A program made the position numbers and the translations under genes. The notes beneath the pieces are model-generated. The model did not search any database and was not told the origin of the DNA. It saw only the letters and a list, made by a program, of their open reading frames with translations. A stretch of DNA of 64,000 nt from positions 140,740,001 through 140,804,000 of the forward strand of contig OZ024741.1 of the NCBI GenBank assembly GCA_964016885.1, written 5' to 3'. The DNA comes from Eledone cirrhosa (Eukaryota). Positions 1-14,012 of this stretch are shown here, piece by piece (positions within the stretch are counted from its first letter, which is position 1; every line of letters starts with the position of its first letter).

Positions 1-924
1 ATGGTTGGGATGGCTTATGCTTGATCTAAGTTGACACGTTTGTAAAGAAATATGATCTGAAATGTTCATAAAGATAACAATACTTTCAAAAAATGTTCAG
101 TGGGCTGTAATATTATAAATGCAGAGTAGTGTTTGATTAAGATGCGAAGTAAAACAAAAAGTTTCTCGCTTCGCTTACGTACATTATTCCGATTAGATAT
201 TTTTAATATAAATCAAATAATCTCAAAATAATGAAAACGAATAAAACATAAGATTGCAATATTATAATAGCTTGTTCTTTTTTTACGGTTTCATACATAC
301 ATATTTACTAAACCATAATATAGCCGTCAGCTGGAAGCATGTAGATCTAATAAGCTATTTACTTTATAAAATCCGAATGAAATATTCGGAGGAAAATATA
401 CAGAAAACAAACGTAAGTGTTCGTGATGTATATTTTCCATTGTCTGTTTATTTTCTCTATCAATGCTTACACTCTATGGAAAATTGCTTCATTTTTCTGA
501 AAGTATACTGAATTGTTTGAGGCACTGAAGCGTAATACTGTTCAGAAGCTTATTTTTCACATCAATTGTCTCTCATATGTCTTGCAGCAAAACTAAAAAA
601 AACAATGAACATATATAGTATAAACGAAAGTTGTTTCAAAAATATGAGTTCTAGAACAAAACTGAGACAAACGAAAAGGTGATTCATTATGAAAAAGTAG
701 GTAAAAATACTTGGAATGTAAGGCTGCTATATTTTTCTACATACAAATATATGTTTGACGATAAGAAGTTAGTTAAACTTTCTTTAGATGTCAATAACAT
801 AGCAGAGTATTTAGTGGCTAGAATGTACAAAACAAAAATTGCAATTTGAACTCAATTATGTTTTTTTAATGCGGGTTTTAATCTTGGTTACTAATTCAGA
901 AAATAGGCTAGCGATTGGGGAGGA

Positions 925-1100
925 TAAATTGATTACAACAATCTGCTTGACAGATAATTTATTTTACCGAACACGGAGGAATAAAGAGCGAATTGATTTC
1001 GGTTAGATTTGGACTGAGAAGTATAGAGTTGGAAGAAATATGGCAAAGAATATTGTCGGGCGCTTGAATGATTCTGACAATCTACTGCCTCTTTGGCTCG
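925..1100 (-). mobile_element. Degenerate tRNA-derived SINE
   Basis: Weak similarity to the reverse complement of the SINE at 7396-7584 (e.g. aatttattttaccgaacacggaggaataaa; tctactgcc). Confidence 0.4.
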
Positions 1101-1211
1101 TCGGTATATATAACAATATGTTTCAACAGACGTTTTCAGATGATAAACCTTGCAAAACAAATACAAAAACTATCCCGCCCGTCCCCTCAATCTATCTTAT
1201 TTCTTATTCTT

Positions 1212-1247
1212 TCTTCTGATGAGGGACTAGCGTCCGAAACGTTAAGA
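1212..1247 (+). ncRNA. Minimal type I hammerhead ribozyme in a PLE pLTR-like fragment
   Basis: tctt-CTGATGA-GGGACTAGCGTCC-GAAA-CGT-T|aaga. Stem I tctt/aaga, stem II GGAC/GTCC, palindromic stem III ACGT. Confidence 0.7.
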
Positions 1248-2716
1248 CCCTCTTCCTGCTATATCAAGCGTTAACCTAATATATCCCTTCCATATACTGT
1301 ACCAATTGTGTTATTTCTGTTTACCTTTTACACATATATATATTCTAGGGCGGGTAACATTCCCGAGATCCATGGACGAGTTCTCTCCAGCGGTCTCTGT
1401 CCCTCATTATCGCTGCCATGTCCTGCGTCTCCAACAGACAAGTGTCTGTCCTTAGGGCATCAGCATACGTTAACCTTGGTCTTATATTATGTTTGTGCAG
1501 GGTGTTGTTTATGTCCCATAGCTTAGTGTTTCGACAAACAGAAGTCTATAAAAAAGTACGTTGGTTGATATAATCGTTTAATGTGGTGTTTCTGCAGGAC
1601 TGCGTAGTCTAGTAACTGAAACCAGTAGAACAATTTTCAAATAACACCAAACCCAATTGCATATGTTCGGCATTATTATATAGTCTCCATCTGCAGGTTA
1701 ACTTTGATTTAGAATTACACTGAATCCGGCGTTATCCTTCGGAAAAAATACGTTTATAATTAAGCTCGCAATCTTATGCTTACATCTGAAAGGACGATAA
1801 TATGAGATTTTTTTGTCTGTTTAATTTGGTTGCTAACATGCTCAAACGCTTTGCTCGTTATTTCCTGCTACATTTTGTCAAGCATCATGACTGCAAACTG
1901 GTTTTATAATTTCCCAATTGTATTTTGATACTGTTACGAAAATAGAGTTCATTAATTAAAAACATAAAGAACGTGGTATCAAACGTTTTTTGCCTAACTG
2001 TAATATTTTTTGTATTTTCTCTAGAGGGAATGTTTTACTAATCTCTCTTAAAGTACTTCTTTTAGTTTATAAAATACGTCGCAAACATTCACCAATAGTT
2101 CAAACTGATCTTTTAAGTTAATTAAAGTTAATTTATTAATGTAAAGGATTTGACAAAAAACTAATTACACTATCCCCACGGAAGGGAAATTGAAATGCTG
2201 TGAGCTAAACTGAGCAAAGCATGGCGGCTTTATTATGTTTAATCAAATTTTATTGTTTGATCATCATGAAAAAATCCAGAGGAAAAGCTAATCAATTTCT
2301 GATTCAGTTATGTTAGCTTGCTTTCATTAAATTTTTCCAGTCATCAACCAATTTATTCTAAATTCTTTTCACGCTGAAGTTTTCTTTTAACTGACCCCCT
2401 TAGTGTACATTAATTATGCTTTGTTTTTGAGAGCTTGTTGTTGCTGTAATAATTATTATTTGATTCGTTGAGATGAAATTATCAATCTGTGAAAATGTAT
2501 ATTTAGAGGCAGAACGTTAAAGGGACAAATATAATTAAACTATATTATAAACATAAAGTGATGGTTTAGCAGCAAATCTAACGGTAACTTCATTTGTCTA
2601 TCTCAGTTTTCTGTAGTGGATAAATGAAATGGAAAGTAACATTACAGGTATATATGCATCTAAATTTACAATCAAGTAGATATATTCGAAATGGCTTACG
2701 GGTGGGATTATTATTA

Positions 2717-4703
2717 CACTGGTCAACAAAAAAATATTCATTTCATGGTTCGAGTATAATTTAGTATGACTCTAGGGTAATCAAGTGTGCATAACCTGGA
2801 TATGACAACGATTAAGCTGTATCGGGTCTAGTTTTCGAGAACCAGCATATCCATGTTTATGACCCATAGCTATGCGGCTCATATTACTTCATCCAATTGT
2901 ATCCACTATATTTAGTTGTTAACTAATTTATACTTACTTCTTTTGTTTCAGATCACAGAATTGTAACCATCCTCAGCTATTCTTGGATAATTCACAACAA
3001 CTTTGACTAGTGGGAGAAATGGGACGCCGGAAATATGTAAATGACCCGGACCGATTTTGCTATATTTGTGGACTCTTTACCCCAGAAAGCATAAAGAAAC
3101 CAATCACAAAAGCAGTTCGAGTAAACTACAAATGCTACTTCAAATGTCCATTAGGAGACCAGGACAAGAAATGGGCGCCTCATATAGCGTGTAGGTCATG
3201 TGTTAATCACTTAAGTGAATGGAAGAATGGGAAACGAAGCTCTGGTTTGCCATTTTCCGTACCAATGGTATGGCGAGAACCAAGAGACCACAATAACGAT
3301 TGCTACTTCTGCCATATAAACATCCAAGGAATAACTGTGAAAACACGAACTACACTTCAATACCCCGATATCTCGTCAGCAATCCGACCTGTACCTCACA
3401 GGGACGAATTACCTGTTCCAGTTCCACCTGCTGAACACGAGCTAATCTCTGATTCCAGTAGCACCCCTATTGATGATGACTATCAAGACGAACATGAGAC
3501 AAGTGAACCCATACCATTTAACCAGGAAGCTCTTCATGATCTCATTAGAGACCTACATTTGTCTAAAGAAAAGGCAGAGCTCCTGGGATCAAGACTGAAG
3601 CAATGAAACCTGCTGGAACCTGGCGTCCGCATTACAACCGCTCGTCATCGTCATAAGCAACTTAATTAGTCTACTTCTAGGTCTTCAGACTGGTTACACA
3701 AAGCATATGTGTATTCTATGTTTGTGGAATAGTAGAGCAGATGCGGAGCACTACAGGAAGAAGGATTGGCCAACAAGACCAAAGGATGCACCCGTAGATT
3801 CAACTGTTTGTACAAACCTCTCGTGGATCCAGAAAAAGTATTCCTCCCTCCATTACATCTCAAATTAGGCTTGGCCAAAAACTTTATTAAAAGCAGGGAT
3901 CATACATGTAATGGGTTTCAGTACTTGTGTAAGTAATTGGGTAGAGTGGTATCTGAAGCAAAGTTAAAAGCAGGGGTTTTGAATGTTCCTCAGATTCGTA
4001 TGCTGGTTAATGATAGTGAGTTTACAAAAACACTAAACCCTTTGGAGACTAATGCAAGGAAATCATTTGTAGGTGTGACACAGAACTTTCTTGGAAACCA
4101 CCGTGCAGACAACTATAAAGAAATTGTTGAAACCATGATATAAAATTATCGCGCTCTGGGTTTTCACGAATGTCGTTGAAGCTTCATTTCTTCCATTCTC
4201 ATCTGGATTTCTTCCCAAGTAATCTAGGAGACATCAGTGATGAATATGGAGAGAGGTTTCACCAGGACATTGCGATAATGGAGAGTAAGTATCAGGGTCA
4301 GTTCAATCCCAACATGATGGGCGACTACTGCTGGACACTGCAACGTGAGGAGGGCCAGCAAAACAAGCGTAAAAGCAAAATCCAGAAATTTTTTTAGAAA
4401 TGATTTGAAATATTTTGTTATGTTCAGAATGTTGTTCAGAAATATTTTGTTAATATACAAAAGTGTTGAAAAAAAAAAAAAAAATGTTTATATATTTTTA
4501 TTAATAAGTTAATATGTTTATACCTAAGTCATCATATGTTACACAATGGATAAATAATGCAATACGAGGAACATATTTTCGATCTCATATTAAGGCATTC
4601 TGGTCCGATAGCAAAAAATGAATATCAAAACTGAATTTAGTGCTATGAAATTAGTAAGATGCACATATTCACATGTAAGAACCATTTTGGCTGTTGACCA
4701 TTG
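2717..4703 (+). mobile_element. CMC/Chapaev3-type DNA transposon, internally deleted
   Basis: TIRs CACTGGTCAACA (2717) and TGTTGACCATTG (ends 4703). TTA flanks both ends (2714-2716, 4704-4706). Transposase remnants inside. Confidence 0.85.
3010..4397 (+). pseudogene. Chapaev3-like transposase pseudogene
   Basis: Motifs FCYICG, GDQDKKWAPHIAC, PMVWREP..H..DCYFC, LLGLQTGYTK, PPLHLKLGL, MSLKLHFFHSHLDFFP, SDEYGERFHQDI. Stops, frameshifts and a central deletion near 3665. Confidence 0.85.
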
Positions 4704-6378
4704 TTATAGATGTTTCCGTAATCTCTTGAAAAATATATCAAAAATATTTCGGCGTAATTGCTTTACTTTTGGGAAGAATACGTTGTTTACAATTATAAAA
4801 CATAAAGAATACGTTGTTTACAATTATAAAACACACAAGAACCTACCTCAAATAAACATGTAAGTGTTAGAGAGTGTTACGTCTATGAAGAGACTAGGAA
4901 AACTATGGAAATGGAATGTAATACTTCCACATTAATATTTGGTGAATTATAGCTACGCATATATTTTAGATTTATTTATCACTGAACTTGCTGAAACACT
5001 GTTTTGATTGATTCATTCTTTCATATTGACCCCATTCCTTCTTTTTCTTAAATCTGGTATTTATTTTATCGATCTAATTTTGTTAAGTTTCGCCACTCAC
5101 ATACTTACAAACACTCATTCATACACACAAAAACATTCCCACAGACATATACACAAGATACGCTTTGTTTCACCCAAATCTAGTGTGGAGGATATTGTGT
5201 CGCGCAGCGTAATTCAAGTCAGAAACTTATGGTTGCGATGAGAATTCCTTATCTTAACTGCAGCCGTTTGGAAACATCCACAATCATGTATCATCCTTCT
5301 GGATACCATTGCACACCTGTTTTTAATTATCACTGAAAAGCTATTCCATAATATTCGCTAAAAGGTAATTTTGAAACCGTAAAGAGATCTGCTCAATAAT
5401 CGAAGTGAATGAAAGTATTTTCATTTGCAAATAACTACTACAAGCTCTAACGATAAACTATACCTCTCCATATTATATAATTCTATAAAGTTATATTGAG
5501 CCATTCAAAAGTAAGAGAATTTACAGGTGATTTAAAGCGACGCCATCGGCTCCTCAAACTATAGTTTGACGCTGCATCGAACAGGACCTCTTACCAATTT
5601 TTATATTGATGACATCATATATTGAATTAATAGAATATTAGTAATTATTTATTTTTACTGAAAATAATACACACATTCAGATCTAAAATTGCGTGTTAAT
5701 AAACTGTATCGTACAGATACGTTAGTCTTTCGTGTGTCGTTCCTTTAAAGAGAACTTCAGAAAATAACAGGAAGTTTTAAATATACAATAAAGCAATCGA
5801 TTGGCAATTGTATCTCTTTGAGATGATAAAATAACCGTAGAATGACAGCGCCTCTTCAGTATAATGGCTTTTCACTCTATTTATCTCTCTGATTTTCGTG
5901 AAATTGCCAATTGACTAACGAAATTGCATTGCTTTTTACGCCGGATTTCTCTGACATTTCATGTTGCATTATGCTTCTTGGCGATGACTGTTTTATAGAA
6001 TTTCTTCAGGTAATCTAGGAAATTAAGTCATATTATTTACCTTATTAAAATTTGAAGCGCATAACATGATTGGCAGCCGTATAAAATAAATCGATATAAT
6101 AAAATGAACACCTATTCCTTTTATAAGTTTCAGTTTGGATCGCGAAATGAGGTAATTTTGCAAGTGATTTCCAAAACTAGCAACACCATCGCCATTTTCT
6201 AAATAACTATTTTCTTTTCCAAATAAATTCTCTCAACCTATTTAAGATTTGTCTGGTTTAGTATTTCTCCAAAATCACATGCAGAAGGAAATATTTACTT
6301 CTCAAAATTGGGTGACATTGATTACTTGTTATATTTGTTCATTACATGCAATATAACATTATACTATTCCGTTAAGAT

Positions 6379-6491
6379 ATAATTGTTTCTGCATTTGGCA
6401 CAAGGCCATCAATGACCCAGTACATTACTGGTACTTTATTTTATCGACCCCGTAAGGATGAAAGCCAAAATTAACCTCGGCGGGATTTGAA
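6379..6491 (-). mobile_element. tRNA-derived SINE, 5'-truncated
   Basis: Reverse complement of the SINE 3' half (ttcatccttacggggtcgataaaataaagtaccag...ggccttgtgccaaa). Confidence 0.85.
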
Positions 6492-7395
6492 TAATGATAT
6501 ATTTAAAAGACAACTACGTTTTCCTTATGGTATTTTATTCAAATAATATGCATTTTATTCAAATAATATAATTTTACAACTGAGTAAATAGAGACGTATA
6601 TAATGTCACATATCCAGCTGAATCTTTGGTCAGCGTTGGAGTTGAAGGTATCATTATTCATCATACATTATTTGATATATTCTTGGCATGACATGCTTTC
6701 AATTATTCAAGGTCAAGTGAACTGAATCGATTTCAGTAAAAAATACGTTATGTTAATATAGCTTATTTTGCCAACCACATAAGCATTAAAAACAATTGGG
6801 ATTGGAGAGTGTAACAAATAAATTCAGAAATACATTTGATTTGGGATCTAGAAAATAATTATATTGTAAAACGTTTCGGATTCTAAAACGTCTGGCTTGT
6901 GTAAATACATTTATTAGTGAGATATGTACAGCTTAAATGCATTATATAGTTGGTTTCTACTTTTGGCACAAGGCCAGCAATTACCCAGTGCACTCCTGGT
7001 ACTTTATTTATGGCGATTATTTTCTTTCGAAAGCATAATATGACGAAGTTTTGAATGGGTCGTTGTAACAAATATGTCTTGGTTATTTAAACAGGATGGA
7101 TATCATCCCAAACCAGATCCGAAAACAGACTTATTACACCAGACAATTTGAGTGCTCGTAAGTGAAAATGATAAATATCGTGAGGAAGATTTGGGCACAG
7201 TTCTGGATTGTTAGGTAATTTATCAACCTCAAAAAGAGGAAACATAATGTCGAACTCAATAATATTTGAATATCTGAATTCGAAGCCTGTGATTGGTTGT
7301 TTGGTTTTTAGTGCCACTTATTCACTGATTGAGGAGCAATGTGAACAAAAGCATCCCAGTCGCAATTATATTGTCATTATTTCATCATCATCAAC

Positions 7396-7584
7396 GGCAG
7401 TGAATTGGCAGTATCGGTAGAGAGTCAGACGCCATGCTTTTAGCATAGTTATATCCCGTTATGATCTGAGTTCAAATCCCCGCGAGGTTAACTTTGCCTT
7501 TCATCCTTACGGGGTCGATAAAATAAAGTACCAGTAATTTACTGGTTAATTGCTGGCCTTGTGCCAAAATGTAGAAACAATTAT
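7396..7584 (+). mobile_element. tRNA-derived SINE, full length
   Basis: A box TGGCAGTATCGG, B box GAGTTCAAATCC, central tttcatccttacggggtcgataaaataaagtaccag (Meta-domain-like), flanked by attatttcatcatca repeats. Confidence 0.9.
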
Positions 7585-7991
7585 TTCATCATCAGCACAC
7601 ATGGAACATTTCTTCCAATAGTCTGTCTTGAACACCTTTAGAGGCCAATTCAATTTCAGAGGTTTTATAGATAAATTCCTTCAATATTTTGACGGATTTG
7701 GGTTTCCCGATGGTTTTGAGACTCTTCGCAGCGGTATTGGATTTGACCGCTGTTGTGGGACCCACGTCAGTGGCTCTCAGCTCATTGCGAAATTTGACTG
7801 CAAATAACTGAAAATTAAGGAAAGAAACGAGTAATTTCTAAATCATTATGTTCTGCTTTTAATGTAACGATTACATCACGTCTGTTCCTTTGGTAATTTA
7901 GCTTGGAGTCTCATTATTTATCTGAATAGAAACGATAATCAGAAGAAGTTAGAAAATAGTTATTAAAATCGTGCCATCAACGACCTTAGCT

Positions 7992-8029
<38 letters not shown>

Positions 8030-8034
<5 letters not shown>

Positions 8035-8421
8035 GGAAAAAAAGAAATTTCATTTCTCACTCTTAGTACGGCTGATACTTAAATATAAGTATGTATACGA
8101 ACATACATATATGTATACAGACGTACAGTAGTATGTATATACATACATGCACACATATATATATATTGACGTATGGGTTTACCGAACACTTATTATAATA
8201 TTCGGTTTGTTTGTAAACAAACAGCACGATAATAAGCCGTACAGTGTTCGGCAATCATCGTTGGCCTTTTGTTCAACACTGACAAAGGAACGATGAACTA
8301 GTCACTAGCTTATTAGCTGTCAGCAGCACCGTTTACCTTCCTGTCTGTCGATTGAACGTTTGAAAGTATATATTTTCCTTACACCTATTAACGGTTGAGC
8401 AGCCTAATTTGCATATCGAGT
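8030..8421 (-). mobile_element. Old copy of the HHR-bearing non-coding repeat family at 55325-56550
   Basis: Shares tttcatttctcactcttagtacggc, tttttgttcaacactgaca and ctgagcagcctaatttgcatatcgag. HHR core decayed (ctgctgac...gtgactag). Flanked by (TA)n. Confidence 0.8.
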
Positions 8422-8439
8422 TATATATATATATATATA

Positions 8440-9760
8440 ATAAAGAATTAGAAACCAGGATAATCCATCTTCAGTGGTCTACTAGACATCATAGGTATTT
8501 CTTCGCATTACAGACCATATACTTCCGCCTACGGCCATACAATAACTAAATTAAGTTATTGGGATAAAAAGAGTTGGGTGAAGAAAGAGAGACAGGTAAA
8601 CCAACAGAAATGGTGAGGCAACGTAAAGAGAGGAAAAAATGAGAAAATCAAGTCAATGATTCCTTTTGAACATAAGAACGTGCGAATATTGACGAGAAGG
8701 CAAAAGACACATCTTGGCCGTGTGAATGTGAGCGAGGAAAGAATTTCGTACGATGTGGGACGATGGAGGAAGTTATAGAGAGGGTGAGTAGCAGCGTGTG
8801 AGTGAGTGAAAGTGTGAGGAAGAGGCTAGCAGAGAGAGGGTGACTAGCAGAGGGGATGAGTGAAAGTAAGAAGGAGAGGGATAGAGAAGGGGGAGAGAGA
8901 AAGGTGATAGCAGTAAGAGAAGAGAAAAAGACAGTTCACAGTTGCGCCTCACCATTCGTGTTTGTTTATCGATCTCTCTTTCTCCACCCAACTCTTTTTA
9001 TCCCAATTACTTAATTTAGTTATTGTATTGCCCTAGCCGGAGGTATATGGTCTGTAATGCGAAGAAATACCTATGATGGCTAGTAGACCACTGATGATGG
9101 ATAGTCCTGGCTTCTATTTCTAATTCTTTATTATATATATATCATATTAGCAAAAGCACAGCTCGCCATTTTACATTCATATATGCTTACCCCTTCGCTG
9201 TGACCTGTCTTTTTTTCTTCCCTTACTGCTATCCTCTTTCTCTCTCCCCCTTCTCTCTCCTTCTCCCTCTTACTTTCACTCACCCTCTCTGCAAGTCACC
9301 CTCTCTCGGCTAGCCTCTTCATCACACTTTCACTCACTCACTCTCTGCTACTCACCCTCTCTATAACTTACCTCATCATCCCACACCATACGAAATTCTT
9401 TCCTCGCTCACATTCGCACGGCCAAGATGTGTCTTTTGCCTTCTCGTCAATATTCGAACGTTCTTATGTTCAAAATGAATCATTGTCTTGATTTTCTCAT
9501 TGTTTCCTCTCTTTGCGTTGCCTCACCATTCGTATTTGTTTACCTGTCTGTCTTTCTCCACCCAGCTCTTTTTATCCCAATAACTTAATTTAGTTATTGT
9601 ATTGCCCTAGCCGGAGGTATATGGTCTGTAGTGCGAAGAAATACCTATGATGGCTAGTAGACCACTGATGATGGATAGTCCTGGCTGCTATTTCTAATTC
9701 TTTATTATATATATATCATATTTGCAACAGCACAGCTCGCCATTTTTCATTTATATGTAC
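8440..9760. mobile_element. Non-coding PLE-like pLTR element: inverted arm plus partial tandem
   Basis: 8440-8945 is the reverse complement of about 9190-9710. 8944-9180 repeats about 9520-9755 in tandem. (TA)n flanks. Confidence 0.75.
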
Positions 9761-9849
9761 ATACAGAATGGCTTAGCTCTGATCTAGCTGTCGAAACGGC
9801 TGGAGCTCAGCCGTCGGTGTCCTGACTCGTTTCCTATATATATATTTTT

Positions 9850-10300
9850 AGATTATTATATAAACATTTAGATATAGTAAAATATTCAATTGCAACACTG
9901 TCAAGATATCTTGTTTGCGTGGACCGTCGATGAAATAAAACATTACTGCAAAAATATACTCGACCATAGTCTTGTAGGATTAAAAAAAAATGCCTTCTCC
10001 AACAGAATTGTAATATCAAATCCATTGTATATGAAGCAGCGATTACACACAACAAGAGAGAAATTTCTTGTGTTTGCGAAAGATACGTCGGTATGGGGAA
10101 AGATCTTCTTAAACAGCGTTTTTATTCGCATCTCCATCCTTCGGGAATGCTAATATGAAAACAGTATAGCCCTGGAGAAAAGGTTCTGGCAATTAACGGA
10201 CAGAGGAATCACACATAAAGTATCTTGGAAGTTAGTTGAAAGTTCCAGGACTTACACCAACGGTACCAAGAAATGTTGTTCGTAGATTGAGGAGGAAGGG
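9850..10300 (+). pseudogene. Naiad-type PLE GIY-YIG fragment
   Basis: Frameshifted translation CLLQQNCNIKSIVYEA...FKQRFYSH...LEKRFWQLTDRGITHKVSWKLVESSRTYTNGTKKC parallels the 27040 ORF. Confidence 0.7.
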
Positions 10301-10543
10301 TCTTCTGTTCGATAGATACATAGATAGATTTCTTTATTTACCATAAAGGCATAAAAAGAAGAGACAAATACAAAGGGGGAGTTTACATATAATCGAGTAA
10401 AAAGGGTGTAACATGAAAATAATCGAAAATAACCTCAAAAGGGAGGGGACGTGATGGGGGTTGCACACACCCCCGAAAAAGTGTGCAATCCTTTGCCCGG
10501 GGAGCACATGGAGAAGGTGCTCCCCTCTCCTTTACTTCTTTAC

Positions 10544-13500
10544 CTACAGGATGGTATACAGAGAAGGCCCATTTACACGAGCCATTCTCGCCACTATCAC
10601 CCACCTTTCATAAAACTTCCTGTGGCCAAGCACCTCTCTCTCCATTCTTATCCTTCTTCCGAAGTGATATCCGAAGAAGTAGACCAGACTATGGCCAGAG
10701 AGGAAGTTGCCTGACCTCAGACCTTTCAATCGTGTCCACCAAACAACCTCTTTCAACATGGCTATTACGCACAGAAAAACCGCCTTTGCTTCCTTCGTGA
10801 AGAGGGGAGGCGGTTTGATTGTCATCACGGACTCGGCGGTCAATTTAATCGGCGCCACCCGCGACAGCAGTTGTTCGGCGTAGCCCCACAGATCAGCCAC
10901 GCCGGGACATTGCACCAATGCGTGCGCAACGGTTTCTTCGTGACGCACGCATCTAGGGCAAATCTTTTTTGAGGGATAACTGCCCGGGCGCCCGTGTCTG
11001 TAGAGCCTCTCTCGAACGGGTAGAGCCCCCCGGTAGCACTGCCAGGCCAGTGACTTCTGGAAGTTGTCCATTGGTCCTGGGCCGAAAGTCCTACCGAACA
11101 GGCTGGCCAGTTCGTCTTCTTCCATGTCCAGCGACTCTCCAAGGGTGTCATCGCCCCTGCTAGCCACCAGCCCTCTATAGAATGATGAGGTGGATTCTCC
11201 ACCGATGGCCTCGCCCGCTTGCCAGAGAGCCCAGAGCGCCTGAGCACACTCAGTGTGCCAGTCTCCCAGTTTTCCGGATCTTTGCTTGACCCAGGACTGT
11301 AGCTCGGTGAGCGAGACGAGTCTCGGAAAGGCTCGTTTCACGAACGGATCCCACACCGGTTGACCAGTGAGGAATACCTGTAGGTGCCGTAGCCTTAATG
11401 CGTGCCTACGCATCATCAACCACGGCATCCCCAGCCCTCCTTTCGAAGGTTGTTGGCAGCAGATGGATCTTCTCACCATAGGAGGACGCTTCTTCCAAGG
11501 AAATTGGAAGAGCATGCGTTCTATGGTGGTGAGTGTTTCCTTAGGGCAAGGCACGACAGTCAGGCGGTAGTAAGTGACGGACGCTATGTAAATGTTCGCC
11601 ACCTCCGCCCGGCCTTTTAGGGACAGCTTACACTTGGCCCATTTCTGGGTTAGTGCAAACACCTTGTTCGTAACCTCGTTCCAGTTCTTTTCCACCTGGA
11701 GGTCCGGTCCAAACCAGACCCCAAGCAACTTTACCGGGCCCTCCGTCCAGTGTCCGACGACACCGTCAGGAGGCATCGGTCTGCCTCTCCACGTTCCGAG
11801 TTGCAGCCCGATGGATTTTTCCCGGTTCAGTTTCGCTCCTGACAACCTTTCGTACTCCTCCAGTAAGGTACCGATCGCCTCGATCTCCGAGTCGGTTGAT
11901 ACCATTACTGTTACGTCATCGGCGTAGGCCGACACCGCTTTGCTCAATCCTGGTTCCAGGGGGATACCCTGCAACAACTCCAACTTCCTCAGTAAAGGCT
12001 CGAGAGTCAATACGTACAGAAGGGAGGAGAGAGGGCACCCCTGTCGAATGGATCGTGTGATTTCGAACGGCTTCGAAAGGTAGCCGTTCACCTTGATCCT
12101 AGAACAGATGTGGTTGCTATGTAGGGCAGTGATCCAGCCTCTGAAAACAGGACCGAACCCAGCCGCCGCTAGCACCGCATCCTGGTAACCATGGTCGACC
12201 CTATCGAAGGCCTTAGACTGATCCAAGTTGATCAGGGCCCCACCGAAGCCGGGTTTGTTGCCAACCCTCTCTATGATGTATCGCATGAGGTGGACGTTAT
12301 CGTGAATGGACCTGGATGGGATAGCACATGTCTGCGCATCTCCCACCAGGCCACCCACGACAAGCGCCAACCTCTTTGCTAACACCTTGGCCAAAATCTT
12401 TAACTCTGTGTTTAGCAGGGTTATGGGCCGAAAATTATTTATACTATCCCCCTTGTTCTCGTCCTTCCTCACCAGCGTGACTACGCCCTTGGCTACAGAA
12501 CAAGGAATTCTCCCGTTCTGCTGCCAATTGCAGTAGACCGCTTCGAGGAGTTCGGAGAAGAAGACCGGCATTGCTAAATAAAGTTCGTAAGGTATACCAT
12601 CGAGACCTGGAGATTTGCGTCTGCTGCATTGGCTCAGCGCATCTCCGATCTCATCAGCCGAGATTGGTCCCTCGCAGGACTCTGCCTCTTCGCTCGAGAG
12701 ACGCGGCAGGCCGTCGAGGTATGGACCGAAATCCACGCCCCGCCCGGACCCTCGCCTCCCCCGAACAATCGGGCAAAGTGCCTTTGAAAGGCCTCGCACA
12801 TCTGCTTAGGCTCCCGGATCACCCGTCCATCTTCGTCTTGCAACGACCGGATGGTGGATCGATTTCCACTCTTAGCTTCTGTCACGCGGGCCCATCCAAC
12901 GGCTTTGGCCCCCTCATTACCTAGAGCACGTATTTTACTTCGAATGACGCAGCCTTCGTGCTTTGCATCGAAAAACTGGTTCAAGGCCGTCCTCGATGCC
13001 AGCACTCTGGCCACATCTTCGCTCTTGATTGCCTCTTCTAATTTACCTGTTAATTCTTTCTCGTTTCTATTCCTATCGGCAGCTAACATCTTGCTATAAC
13101 TTATTGATTCTGTTCTAATCTCTCTTTTGAGAGATGCCCACCATCGGTTGTTGACGATTGCACCCGTCAACCTCTCCTTAACTAATCTGCTAATCCGGTT
13201 TCTGTAAGTCTCTTTTGCCGGTAAAGACAAATTAAGTTTCCAGTAACCGGGACCCTGTCTATGTGTTTTCTCGAGATTGACCACGCAGGTCACTAATTTG
13301 TGATCCGTGTAGCCAACCGTGCGCATTTCTGGACAGCTTAATATGTCCCTATCCTTACTTCTAACTAAGAATCTATCTAAGTACGATCTAGATTGACCAC
13401 TGTGGTTTCTCCAAGTCCAGGTAGGCACAGTTGGAAAATCTAGTCAATATCTATCGACCAAGTTAAAACGGTCGAGTAACCCCTTGAGGCTGTTACACCC

Positions 13501-13979
13501 CCTCTATTAGGACATGCTCCTGCATAGTCCCAACGTGCATCCAGGATGTCATTCCAATCCCCCGCTAGAAGCAGGGAACGCGACGTTCCCAGAAAAGTCT
13601 CCAAACGCTGGAAGAAGTCGGGCCGTTCAGCTCCGAAAGGGGAGTAGACGGCGACCAGTCTCAAGGCCGCACTTTCACTACTGCCAACGTCTAGCACCAA
13701 CAAACGACCCTCCGGGTCCGAGTGCACAACCTGTATGGCAAGACCCAGGTGTTTTTGCAGCAGTACGACAACCCCACCCCCACCTCCAGGTTGACAGAGA
13801 GATGCATGCACCTCAAAGTCATCGAAGGTGGGGGCCAGCTGCCGCACGACGCTGATTCGAGTCTCACAGATAACCATTACATTTATACTACATGACCTGA
13901 GGTCATTTAGAAGCTTTGCTTGCTTCCAAGTTGAGCCCAGGCCACGTGCATTCAAACATCCTACTCTTAACACATCCAT
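10544..13979 (-). pseudogene. Tx1 ORF2: APE endonuclease, RT and C-terminal zinc finger, with two frameshifts
   Basis: LNARGL, LAGDWN, SYLDRF, TDHK, GPGYWKLN, KSPGLDG, RPITLLN, DQSKAFD, RQGCPLS, YADD, CPRC..EETVAHALVQC. ORF pieces 13440-13979, 12634-13428, 10544-12799. Confidence 0.93.
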
Positions 13980-14012
13980 GTGGGCGGCAGAGCCAAAGGA
14001 GAGTGTAGAGAC

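Noticed and set aside
9630-9690. Possible type II hammerhead (GAAA...CTGATGA)
   Set aside because: Stems I-III cannot be formed convincingly.
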